Shown: positions 14,689 to 26,900 of the stretch, in pieces
Layout of the letters: every line of letters starts with the position of its first letter
Position numbering within the stretch: position 1 is the first letter of the stretch
NCBI GenBank assembly: GCA_002633005.1
Contig: NMRA01000081.1
Span: 65,625 to 129,624 of the forward strand
DNA length: 64,000 nt
From: Phoronis australis
Taxonomy: Eukaryota > Animalia > Phoronida
Direction of reading: 5' to 3'
Notes under the pieces: generated by a model
The model's database searches: none
What the model was told of the DNA's origin: nothing
The model's input: the letters and a program-made list of their open reading frames with translations, nothing else
Position numbers and translations under genes: made by a program

Positions 14689-14800
14689 CGCTAGTAGCAT
14701 GTACGTTGCATACAGATTCCCTGCTCCGTCCACAAAAAGGGACACACATCTTGACTTTTCCCGTTGCCATCGACTCTTCGAATTCACACCGGAAGCGGGT
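14689..14800 (-). promoter_or_regulatory. Candidate promoter and first exon of the kinesin gene (second copy near 17873-17985)
   Basis: CpG-containing stretch with an ETS-like CCGGAAG, an RFX half-site GTTGCCAT (14763-14770) and a minus-strand donor CG|GTAAGG (CG|GTGAGG in copy 2). The first coding exon has an acceptor at 10344, so an upstream exon is expected. Inference only. Confidence 0.4.
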
Positions 14801-15590
14801 CGATAAAAAACATCATTTCGACGCCTGTACTCAGTGAAGACTAGGTTACAGCACCAAGGGTAGTAGGGCGTTACGAATACAAGCCACGAACAAACAAGGG
14901 TGCAATCCGCATGAAATTCGCGAGAAAAAGTGTAGAGTGCTTTAGTCCTAGTGTCTATAATCTATGCTTAAACTAAGAGTCGAGTAATGACGAACTTGAT
15001 TCTGTTCTTCTTGCAAGAGTTTTCAAAAATCATAGAAAACGTTAAATCCCATCAGGTCTGCCAGTGAGTCAAGTTTTTGAGGGATATTTTCATCCGTCAC
15101 TTTCTTTCGCCGCACGTCGGCTACGTGGAAACTGGTTAGAGTTCAGTAACGTTAGACATGCGCGCACCCACCCTTTAATATGGGGGGCTCGAATTTCTGA
15201 CAAAGGTGGTCCTTTTTACTGAGGCTACCGCCAAAAAAGCGCCGGGAGAACTAAAAAAACGGGGTACCAATCCGTTCAGAGCTGTGGCCTTTGTGGTTTT
15301 CTCCGTCGGACTTCATATGGCTGTTTCTCTGAGGCTTTTTGCCCGTTCCCCAAATGGGGCCGGGGACTCGTTCGAGCCCCCCCCCCCGCGGTGGGGCCCG
15401 ATGACAATGTCACGAACGAACTTTAAACGAACGCCATGCTGAATGAATTATTACTGTAAACACGCATCTACTAAACAGTTGTAAACAAATATTCCATAGC
15501 GGCGTTTTGGTCAATTTTTATATTTCTTCCTCGAAAGAAGAATTCTGCATTAAATTTTCCCGAGGAATTCAATTTCAGAAGCCAAACAAT

Positions 15591-16235
15591 TGTAACGGGG
15601 GCGGTATCTACGACCAAGGCGCCCCGATTTTACGAGCCCGGTGCGGACTGAGGGTGATGTTGAAAACTAAAAGTTGGTGAATAATACATAGGTTTATTGT
15701 AAGAATATATAACTACAATATTCCACACTTACAAGCAATCTAGTTGTTCCATGATTTAGTATCGCAGCGTTGTGATTTATACAGTTCTGATACACGGGCA
15801 AGCCAGTCGCTGATTAATAGTTGTGTGTGCAAGAACGGGGCAATTTGGTTATTCAGATCCGAAAGGTGAGATGCAATCAAGCTCGGGAGGAGCCCGAGAA
15901 TTGCATGGGGCTAAACTATTGGCAACCAAGTTCGGGAGGAGCCCGAAAGCTGCACAAACAGTTGCAATTTGGTGTGAGTGAAGGTGTAAATGTTTGCTTC
16001 TTGAACTCTGCGACTGGACTCCTCGTGTCTGACAGAGACAAAGCTTAAGTACACAATTTCAACCAATCAGACACGATCTGAAGGGCGAGGCCCATAGCTC
16101 CTAGCTTCTGACCATATTTGGCCATGTCCAAAGGACTCAACATCATAGGAAAATTCCATACGTAATACACAGCTTGACCACTAGAGGGCGCATATATCTC
16201 ACTTACATAATCATATCCAGGGCACTCCTGTTACA
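15591..16235 (-). mobile_element. LTR-like segment, 645 bp
   Basis: Begins TGTAAC and ends GTTACA, starts where the two duplicated copies diverge, and has a minus-strand AATAAA near 15695. No TSD, primer-binding site or polypurine tract found. Confidence 0.4.
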
Positions 16236-19200
16236 CTACGAAGACCTGGACTGTGTAACAATGTTTTAGTAAGTCTCCATGTCTCTGAACCGTAAAGAAC
16301 AGACATCATATTAGAGGTGAAAATTCTTAACTTTGACTTGAGTGAGTAGGTCTTTGAGCNATTCATGTTATTGAACTGACTAGGAATGCTAAGATGTATT
16401 TCATTGATTCATTGACTAGGTGTGGCCTGCTTTGGCTTATATTAAAGCAATTAGCCTAGTTAAAGCCTTGCTCTAATGATGACTACGTGGTAAACTACCG
16501 TATGGTTTATTTCCGGAAAAAAATAAATTTGCCAAAATTGACAAATTTTCTATAGGATGATAACAATTGAGAACTTATACAAATGTTGTTAAAAAATCTT
16601 CCCATGATAAATAATCTAAATAAGGGATTTAAAATATTTAATCGTGTTTTTTGTTGAAATATTATTTAAAAAATCCATTCACAACATTGTGTGGAGAATA
16701 AGTGAACAACAGGACGGTCCGAGACAGAAACCTTTTTGTCCTGAAGGTATGATAACATGTTGTTATACTAGCTGTCCTTGTTTTCAAAATGTCGAGCTAC
16801 ACGTTCTAAGAATCATGTCGGAAAATATCGCATCCACAGACACTTCTTAAGTTTGCTGATAACCAGGTCATTCCTTGAATAATTTTAGTCAGTCGTTTCC
16901 TATAACTCTTCCAAGCTTCTTCAGCTTAAAACTAATGCAAACGCTATTGTACATTTGCAAGTTAGCTGAGAAAATTAATTCTGGCTGCTGCTTTTTTATC
17001 TCTTGAACCTTAAGCCTGAAACATTCCTTTTTCAATACCAAAAATACATTTTTATCCAACACGCCTAAAAGCAAAATGTAACAACTATGCAACATGCATC
17101 ATCTGTCGTATTATAAACACCGACATTTTGTAAGTTGTGATTAAGTCATTCACAGCCAAACTACTAGACTTGTGAAATTTGACTCTAGACTAGCACCATA
17201 GCAAATACTAGCAGACAGCTCCAATCTCATATTCTAGCTCATGACTGGTCACAGAATTCATCGAATAACTTAGCAATGAAGGTTGGCCCTCCATATATGG
17301 GCACTTGGCCCTCGTACCACAATAATTTTCCTTTGCTTTTTAAAAAGTATATCAAAATTCTATGTTGATATGCAGTGGCAATACGTGATTTGTTAGTTTG
17401 TAGTGCACTATCACGCTATAGTCAAATCACATGACTTTCTAAATAAGGAATTGTCAACACAGCCAGGAACTTGATTTATTTGCGGCTTGCATGCTGGAAG
17501 CTAGAACAAGGCTAACTTCACTTCAGGCAGTACAAAAGCAAAGTAGGCCTGCTAAAGGCGAAGCTGCAAAGGGTAGAATGAGCAAGAACTACGAAGCCTT
17601 ACACTACAGTGTGTGCCAAGCAGTTTCACAGAAAACGACATAAAACAGCAGCTGGACTCAAAAAACAATTTTATAAAGCAGCGAGGCAAATGAAAATCCA
17701 AGGCAGAAGGTAAAACAGAGGCAGAGGTCACTCTCGGAGTCGGAATCTCGGATTCGGCCACTCACCACACTGCGATGCCTATTTATTGCATGTGAGCTGA
17801 CGTAAATGGTCATTTGACGATGCTTTTCTCAGTTCAAGATAGAGTGGGGAAATTTTTCAAACAAAACCTCACCGCTAGTAGCATGTACGTTGCATACAGA
17901 TTCCCTGCTCCGTCCACAAAAAGGGACACACATCTTGACTTTTCCCGTTGCCATCGACTCTTCGAATTCACACCGGAAGCGGGTCATTAAAAAACATCAT
18001 TTCGACGTCTGCACTCAGTGAAGTCTAGGCTACTGCACCAAGGGTAGTAGGCGTTACCGCAAACAGTGGTGCAATCCGCAGGAAATTCGCGAGAAAAAAT
18101 GTAGAGTGTTTTAGTCCTAGTGTCTATAATCTATGCTAAAACTAAGAGTCGAGTAATGACGAACAGATATCACTAACTTAAAAAAATAAATATTCTGTTC
18201 TTCTTGCAAGAGTTTTCAAAAATCATAGAAAATGTTAAATCCCATCAGGTCTGCCAGTGAGTCAAGTTTTTGAGGGATATTTTCATCCGTCACTTTCTTT
18301 CGCCGCACGTCGGCTACGTGGAAACTGGTTAGAGTGCAGTAACGTTAGACATGCGCGCACCCACCCTTATGGGGGGCTCGAATTTCTGACAATGTGGACC
18401 TTTTAGACTACCGCCAAAAAAGCGCCGGGAGAACTAAAAAAAACGGGGTACCAATCCGTTCAGAGCTGTGGCCTTTGTGGTTTTCTCCGTCGGACTTCAT
18501 ATGGTTGTTTCTCTGAGGCGGACCTCTTTGCCCGTTCGGCCCAAATGGGGCCGGGGACTCGTTCGGGCCCCCCCCCCCCCCCCCCCCCCCCCCCNCCCCC
18601 CGCGGTGGGGCCCGATGGCAATGTCACGAACGAACTTTAAACGAACGCCATGCTGAATGAATTATTACTGTAAACACGCATCTACTCAACAGTTGTAAAC
18701 AAATATTCCATCGCAGCGTTTTGGTCAATTTTTATATTTCTTCCTCGAAAGAAGAATTCTGCATTAAATTTTCCCGAGGAATTCAATTTCAGAAGCTAAA
18801 AAATTAAGTTAAAAAAATGATTACCAGACGTTTCTGTGGCTGACATTTCAATTTATTTCAGCCCGGAGTGATTGCCGTGAAGACATCGCTATTATAATGG
18901 GGTTCTGCACTACACAATTAATGGGAGCCAAGCACATATATCACTGGCACAAAAACGCGTTTGCCTGTCAGTTGCATGAAACAGCCACAGAAGGAATCCC
19001 CGCACTCATATTTTATAGTTCCTAAATTTCAACACGTTCGTAGATTTCGTTTAGCACGGTACGGCTTTCTATAGTACTGCACATTATTTTTAGTGATAAA
19101 CATTTAAAAAGTAATATTGTCTAACATAGTAGTAAATATTTTAGAACATAGGTCTGTTCTCAATAAACCTAAAGGCGTACCAGTGAAGATAAACTAGCAG

Positions 19201-19439
19201 TAGATGATGACTGCGCAAGTCCTTCAGAAATGGTGTGGAAAAAGTTTAACGAGCATCAGTGGGCCGGGTCCTTTGGAACCGTTGGAACGCTGATCGTGTC
19301 ACGGTGTTGGAGTAGCAGCTGCTCCGACTTTCCCAGCGTTGGTTTGATTCCCTGCCGGTGTGGACTGCTGCATATGTTATCATTCTAGAAATGCGGTATT
19401 CATGAATAACTCATTGTGCGGATACTACTTGGCGGATTT

Positions 19440-20720
19440 TCATTTTACGGAGCGTCTCAAAGCAGCATAATAAATCCACCTTGAAAGCTTATATCTGTTT
19501 TTCAAAACCTCCCATGTCAGAAATTTATTTTCAAAATTCCAATGATCCTTCGCAAAAATAATACCAGCCTCAAAGAAACTATTTAAGAATACAGTCCTCC
19601 TATTAATCAATATGTTTTTGTTATTCCACACTACTTGGTTTACAATTGTTATGTCCTTATGTAAATGAGCACTCATTTCTTCCCAAGCAATCAAGATGTC
19701 AAGATAGAAGGTATCGATATTTGTAAGAGACAGCAAATTACAATCATAATTTGATTTAAAGAACAAAATACCTCCTTATGTTTTGAAAACATACCATGAA
19801 AACACTTTGAAAACTTCATTGTTTCCATCTAAGCAACGCGTAACACACTTAACTGGTAATGACTTGTACAAAATATTTATATCAGGAACTGACAAACCAC
19901 CAATTTCATGGGTATTTAAAGGCACATTTTTCTAATTCTAAGTGATTTATTTTGCCAAACAAACTTTTTTATCATAGTATTTATCTTAACTCTACTTTCT
20001 CTGTCAATTCCTAAATTGCTTATAACATATAATTTAGACAGCGCAAATGTTTATTACATTGATCCTTCCTAACAATGAAGTGACGAAATTCCAGATATCA
20101 AGAGACTTTTAAAGGACTTGATTTTTAATTCAAGATTTAAAAAATCATTTTCTTTTTTGTTATGACCAAAACATACTTCCAGACTCTTGATTGGTTTGCC
20201 AGTCCACTTGAAACCATCAAGTGGTTCAGAACACTCTTTTTCTCGACCTAAATATAACACTTCACATTTCTTACTATTTACCTGGAGACCAGAGAGTAAA
20301 CCAAAATGTTCTAAACATTTTAGACAATTCATGCCAGAATTTTTGTCATGAAGAAATAAGGCAGTGTCATCTGCATACTGGAAAATTTTAACTTCAGTTT
20401 TCACAACATTTATGCCTTTAATTAAATTACACTTTGGTATATAATTGGCCATAACTTCAACAGCTAAGCAAAATAATGGAACCGACAATGAATCACCTTG
20501 TCTTACATCACTTTCTAAACGAAAATAATCTGTTGTAATATTATTATTGACAACACAAGCAGTTGGTTTATTATAGATTATTTCTACCCATCTTGTAAAA
20601 CCCTGTCCAAAATTAAAAGCCTTGCAAAAGTCCAAAAATAAAATGTGTCCTTGACCATCAATAATGTTTGTTTAAGAAATTATATCCTGAATGATACGAA
20701 CATTGTATCCATAGACATCT
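19440..20720 (-). mobile_element. Decayed non-LTR retrotransposon (L1/Tx1-like) ORF2 reverse transcriptase fragment
   Basis: RT motifs NVRIIQDII, LDFCKAF, VRQGDSLSVPLF, FQYADD and SGLQVNSKK, plus downstream VWNNKNILIN. Interrupted by a deletion, stops and frameshifts. Confidence 0.9.
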
Positions 20721-20760
20721 TAGTGATGTCTGTATCCTATATACACGTTGCAAAATGTTT

Positions 20761-20895
20761 GGGGAATTACCGTTGATATCTCTGTCTCAGTGGTCAGTGG
20801 CACCATATCGCCGCGGGTACCGGAGATTCCCCGTCCGTCATTCGAATTGAAACAGGATACAACGACCTCTGTCGAGAAATTGCTGGGAATTTCCC
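20761..20895 (+). promoter_or_regulatory. ADAR proximal promoter region with three kappaB-like sites
   Basis: GGGGAATTACC at 20761-20771, GGAGATTCCCC at 20822-20832 (reverse GGGGAATCTCC) and GGGAATTTCCC at 20885-20895, in a CpG-rich patch just 5' of the ATG at 20914. Confidence 0.5.
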
Positions 20896-20913
20896 AATAA
20901 TTCCGGTTTCAAG

Positions 20914-23900
20914 ATGTCGGGACATTTACGCGAAGGTCTTCTTCAAACCTTTCAAGCTCGGCCAGATCAAGCTATTACCACTAAAGAGCTATGCAAGAAG
21001 TTCCCTGCGCCTAAAAAGGAGATAAATCGCGAGCTGTACACTATGAAAACCCACGGACTGCTACAGAAAGTTGTCGAACAGCCACCTACTTGGAGCTTGG
21101 TTCGTGGAGGAGGCATCGGACAGATTTCCAAGAAAAGTCAAAACAGTTTCATTTCAGATGACACGTTTGGTGACATTCGCACTGATTATAACATGGTTTG
21201 ACTTTTTTAACTCTCTGTATCTAGGCTTTTGTCTGGTTGAATCAAAACTTATGTGAGTCTCAGTGGTGGACCTAGGCAGGGCTTCATCTAGGATTTCGAA
21301 CATAGGGTGTCCAAAATGGGGTTCCCAATATTCCAGGGCGTCCATGATTCCAANGGGTTGTATGAGCACAGGCGGCCCGAAAGTTGTGTGGGGCGGGGAT
21401 CGGGGATGTGGACCTTTTGTTCAGGAAATCTATCTGTGGACTAAAACGGGTTGTGGACCTTTTGTTCGGGAAATCTATCGGTGGACTAAAAAAAACTGGA
21501 ACACGATTCCGTCCGAGCCCCCCCCCCCCTCGTTCACTACGGGTCCTAGTTACTGAACGATTTAGAGAGGGTTTATCTGGCTGTATGTCACACCCGGAAG
21601 TCACGTGTCACAACAAATGAATGCATATTCTGTTCACAGGTACAAGCACGGAAACCTAGCTATTTCGATATTTTAGAAATACTAACTCTACTTAGTATAC
21701 ACACCCCATCAAAAGGACATAGTACTTAATTTTTATACCATTTTCTAGCTACATAGATGCGACAGAAATCTGGGACTGTTCGCAATCTCACCGTTATGTG
21801 ATACGTTGTTTGACCTCAATCGAAAGCCAAGCAGCATATGTAATCACTGACACGCGTCACGACATTGCGTAATGGTGAGATTGTGAATATCACCAAACTT
21901 CCAATCAATGGAAAACTTGTTTTCTCAAGGGGAATATTCACTTAGATGACTGACAACAACACTTATGTGACTTATCTTTCTCTGTTGTGTATATCGTACA
22001 CCTATCTGGTTATGACCATTGTAAGGTTTGAAAAACAGTAGTTAGAGATTTCATTCAATAGAAATTGTAATTTTGGTAAATAAATAACTCATGGTAATAG
22101 CTGAACCCTATATTTAATGTTCATTACTATACGGTATTGTGATTATTGGAACAATCTTCATTGATCTTGTTTATTCAATTTCAGAGATATGGTCGAACTG
22201 GCATCCCAGCAAAAGAAGACAAAAGCAATCATGTTTTCAGTGTTCTGAATGGGAACAGGAAACCTATGACAGCTATCAGTCTGGCTAAAGCTGTGGGATT
22301 GCATACCTCTTCAGAGGCGAATAAAATCCTCTATGCTCTAATGAAGCAGCGACTAGTCGTACAGCTCACTGGCTCTCCTCCTCTGTGGCAGGTCAATGTT
22401 GATGTAGTTGGGTCTGACACGTTGTTACGTATTGATGAACAGAAAGTACACAGTCAAGATTTTGTTGACGTGGATTACAAATTGCCGTCGGATACAGACT
22501 CGAAGGCATTTTCTTTTGGTTCTACCTTGGGCTTTAGTAGCAGTTCTAACTTTTGTGACCATGAAAAAGGAAATGGCAGTCCAATGTTAGTGGATGATGG
22601 AGATGTGATCAATACTGACACAGACGTTAAGACGCCACTGAGTGCTGCCCCTCTACATAACTCTTATCACCAACAATCGCTGAGTTCTCTCAATGCTTCT
22701 AAGTCATCAATCCCTCCTAGTCCCAAGACTCTGATACAGGGCAGCATATTTGGTATGAAGTCCAGTGCCACAGGCAGTAATTCTTCACAGGGAGCAGCAA
22801 GCCCTGCAGAGCTATACAGATCCGTTGACACTAACAATCCTGGATTGGTTGTTAATTTGGGAACCTCGATTCAAGTTAAACCTGGTGTTTGCAGTGCGTC
22901 AAGTTTAACTGAGACATTTCAATTGCATCCATTTCAATCAAATAGCACATTTCAAGCGAGAAACCCTACAAGCTCTGTTCCAGCACCTCCCAAATTTCTT
23001 TTAAGTACTGATACTCCATTCAACATTGGACATGACAGTTCCAGAACAGTGACTCAAAGCAATAAGGCAGTGAATCCATTTGAAGCTGTTTTTGAGAAAT
23101 TGTCAGCACAAAGTGACTCTCCCCCTCCTGTAGCACCAGAAACATCGTTAGTGCCATCTGGTGTTGGAATATCAAGCTTACAGACTCAGACTGTTGTGAA
23201 CAGTGACACGTTTGCCTCATTAAACAAGAATCCGGTCAGTGCTCTCCTAGAATATGCTCAGCAGCGTCACATGACTTGTACAATTGATGTCGTTGGTCGG
23301 CATGGACCTCCTCACAATCCTAAGTAAGTTGCCAGTTACATGTTGAGTACTAATTTGCTGAAAAATAAATTTTATTACTTTTGTAATTAAAACTGCTCTG
23401 TTTAAGTTGACATAAGTTGCAGACCATTGAACTTGAAATGCATGTAGCAACTTGTTGCTAATTGATATGCCATGACTGACCATCTCTGTTCAAGCACTGG
23501 CACTTGTCTGAGTGTTTGTAGTGAAAGGCCGTACACATTGCAGCTAACCACAACTTACGTGTTGTCTTATTCCTATCAACAATTTCCTATCAATAAAACT
23601 AGTTCCCTGTAAACCCTGTCTGTGCAATAAAGGTCACGTTTATTTTTGAAAAGCAATGCTTTACTGTCATAAGTGCATGTCTCTGAATTGACTGCTTGAC
23701 CTGATGAGGAGGTCATGTGCCCCAAATGTTCTCCGAGATCCTGTCTGTAATTCATCTACTGGAATGATCTGAATATTATATTCAAGTGTTGTTAGTGCTG
23801 CCAGTCACTGTGAACTGTAACAGCTCGGCATTGTTTTATATTCAGGTTTCAGATTGCTGCCAAAGTTGGTAAACGTCAATTCCCTGTTGTAACCGCGGGT

Positions 23901-26900
23901 AATAAGAAAGATGGCAAGAAGGAGGCTGCGGAAATTGCGCTGCGACAATTAATGGCAGAAGGACAGTTCAGGACTGAGTCGCTTGTCAAGGTAGAGTTAC
24001 TCTCATATTTTGCAATTACTGACTGAGGGTGCAGTACTTGCAGCATATTTTGTCGTTGTATAATTTAAAAGCAGTGTTTAAGACAATGTAGGACCTTATC
24101 GACAAGTCTTTGACGTATATAATCAAATATCTACAAAACTGCAACCTCTCATGCAAAAGTAAAACATTTTGAAAACAATAAAACGTGTTTGAGAACAGTG
24201 CATAAAGCATAATTTGATATGAATCCGATCGGCCATATCTGAGACATGATGGTCCAAACTCGGCCAAATTTGGCCATTTAAAGTGTCCCAGATAACCGGC
24301 TGTAATTCGGGAGCAAGTTTTCCGATGTGCAAAATTGATTAAATGCACGACACTTGTTGTTATTAACAATCTTTATTTCGTTTCATTCGTATCCTTGGAA
24401 CAAAGTTCAACACTGAACAGAAATATGGTGAAGCAATTTTGCATCCCAGATAACCTTAATAAACATTTTGTAAATCGGTATGATGTGCTGATGATAGTTG
24501 TTCCTAAAAGTAAATTTGCTTGCTGATAACTAATGTTGGCTGACCTGTTACATAATTAATAATTATGGTTATTTCTTCACTTGTTTCATAGAACAATAAT
24601 TAGTAAAATGACAATTGTTCCAAATAACTGAGTCTTTACGAAATAATATTTTTATCATCTGCACTGTACAAAGTAAAGTTATGATTAGTAGTTATAAACC
24701 TGTGTTCCGTCTCAGGTGGGAACTTTATTTTTAGACTACTTACCGTTAAAAAATCGGTCTCAATTTGTTACTTGCTGAGATGAGACATGATTTCTTGCTT
24801 TGCTAAGAACTGACACCTCGTTATTAAGTGAGACTATGCTCTGTGCTTAAAATTGCATGCCGTGACAAACTCACTTGTTGAGCCTGGTTTCAGCAGTAAT
24901 AAGCTTCAGTTCTTGCAAAGTCCTAAAATTATGTTCTTTTTGACATAGTAACAGTTTGAAGCCATTGTCAATTTGGTCCAAATATAAAATTGCTTTTGTG
25001 ATGAAAGGTGCATTTATCATTTGCTTTAATTGTAAGAAACTTGAGAATAAATTACGCTTGTCCCCATTTTCTGTGCTAAATCGGTGCATAATTGCTGCAT
25101 GCAGTCAATCTTTCCAATTGCAGAAGACCTCAGTTCCTTCAACCGTTGCGACTACACATTTTGACAATATGGCTGCTATCTCTCATCAGGCCTTTAGTGT
25201 ACTCTCTGCATCGGTAGCAGAGAGTATGGTCGGTCGTAAAGTGCTAGCAGCCCTTGTAATGAAGACATCGCCCACTGACAGCGGGACAGTTATAAGTCTG
25301 GGAACGGGTAAGTATCTCCATGCTAGTTGGAACTGATGTTCAAATGTACTTATAGTATTCGGTGTAAGTGCCCTGAATTTGTTACAAACACAAAATGAGT
25401 AAAGAGAGGAAAAACATGACAAACTACATATTACCTAATTACATGAATCTCTTCTACAGTAAAGCGCTGTCACATGTTTGACACATTACAGGTAAAATTG
25501 AAAGGAATATAACTTGCTGATGACCATAAATCACCATACATCACCATATGTCATAGGTATGTGAATATCTTCTTCAGGAAATCGCTGTATCACTGGTCAA
25601 CAGCTGAGTCTAGAGGGAAGCACAGTCAATGATTCACACGCGGAAATCGTCACTCGCAGAGGATTTCTGAGGTAAGTTGCCGATGTCTGCATTCGCTACA
25701 TTTTAAGGACTGTGTAGGCTTGGCTTCATTGTACACCACTTTGATGTTGACCATGTTGAAAAGTTTGTTTTCTCTCTGACAAACTTCTTGTCATTTCCTT
25801 TCAGATATCTTTACCAGACGCTTCTTCAGATAAATCTCGACTCTCCCTCCTGCATATTTGAACGAGGCTCAACTGGTCGGCTGAAGGTCAAGGACAATAT
25901 CAGTTTTCACTTGTACATTTCAACCGCTCCCTGTGGTGATGGGGCTCTGTTTTCACCAAGGTTGGTCTCCAAGTTCATCTGATGCCTGAAAGCTTTCTTA
26001 ATCAAATACTGAATTTTCATTGGATGAAGTCGATGAAAAAGCCATCGAACGAGTTAAATTAATATACGTCATTCACACTTTGTTCCATACATTTCCACCA
26101 AGGAATTTTTTGTTTTTGTTGATAATGAATGTATCTTAGGGAACTTTCCTCAGCACATTTTATGTTGTATTGACGGTAAGATGGAGGTAGAACTGTTCAC
26201 ACACAAAATATTGCTTTTAGTTTTGTAGCATTTTTATAATGATAAATCTTATATTCAAAATTAATTAATTTTTCTGCAGTGTCAATATTTGGGACATTTA
26301 TTTTGGTAATAGGTAATGAATTATGTTTTATATGAGAATCATGGTGTTTTAATTCACTAACCATATTTTTTAGGTTTTATGTTTCCTCATCACTTGTGTT
26401 GGACATTTTTCTTTTACTTTTAGATAAAACAGTTTTTGTGAATTCAGAAAACAATCCTACAGGAGATTTTTGCATTTTGTATCCGATGTTTCATAGTCCT
26501 TTGTGTACATTGTTCAGTACAACAAGTTGGTTAGTCTATTAATCTCATATTTTTCTTGGGCGTTCTCATTAACAGCATACCTTTTAATTTTATTAAAATG
26601 CAGTTCTCTTCATCTTTGTCAGGAGATGCAAGTTGCTTGTGCTGCTTGATCTTATTTAGACGTAGTGTGTAACACATCCATTGTGCTCTACAAGTGGGAA
26701 AATTGTGGTTCGTGAGAAAGGAACTGTACTTTTAAGAATAAAACTGCAGCATGTGAGAAAATAATTCCAGCTCCTGAGAAAAGACATGCGATATAAGATA
26801 GGAAGCTGTTAATGAGAAGGCCCGTGCGGTTCATGAGGGTGTATGATCGTCTACTCTGCTCTTACCCAATCATCTTCCACTACCTTTGTACTACAGCCTG

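Larger units (their letters stand above)
13175..18805. repeat. ~2.4-kb direct near-duplication (13175-15590 and 16363-18805)
   Basis: Collinear copies with substitutions and small indels, reflected in paired ORF-track entries (13687/16889, 14362/17552, 15206/18468). Copy 2 starts just after the N at 16360. Confidence 0.95.

Noticed and set aside
13687-18656. Paired ORFs (13687/16889, 14362/17552, 15206/18468) that look like a duplicated small-gene family
   Set aside because: They arise from the 2.4-kb duplication and have no recognisable domain. The poly-proline is a poly-C tract containing an N.
23695-23745. CTGATGAG hammerhead-like box in an ADAR intron
   Set aside because: The second core box reads CAAA rather than GAAA and the stems are poor.
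25628-25645. NDSHAE instead of NDCHAE in the ADAR active site as a sign of inactivity
   Set aside because: The zinc ligands (His, Cys of PCGD, Cys of SCSDK) and the catalytic Glu are intact, and the substituted position is not a ligand.
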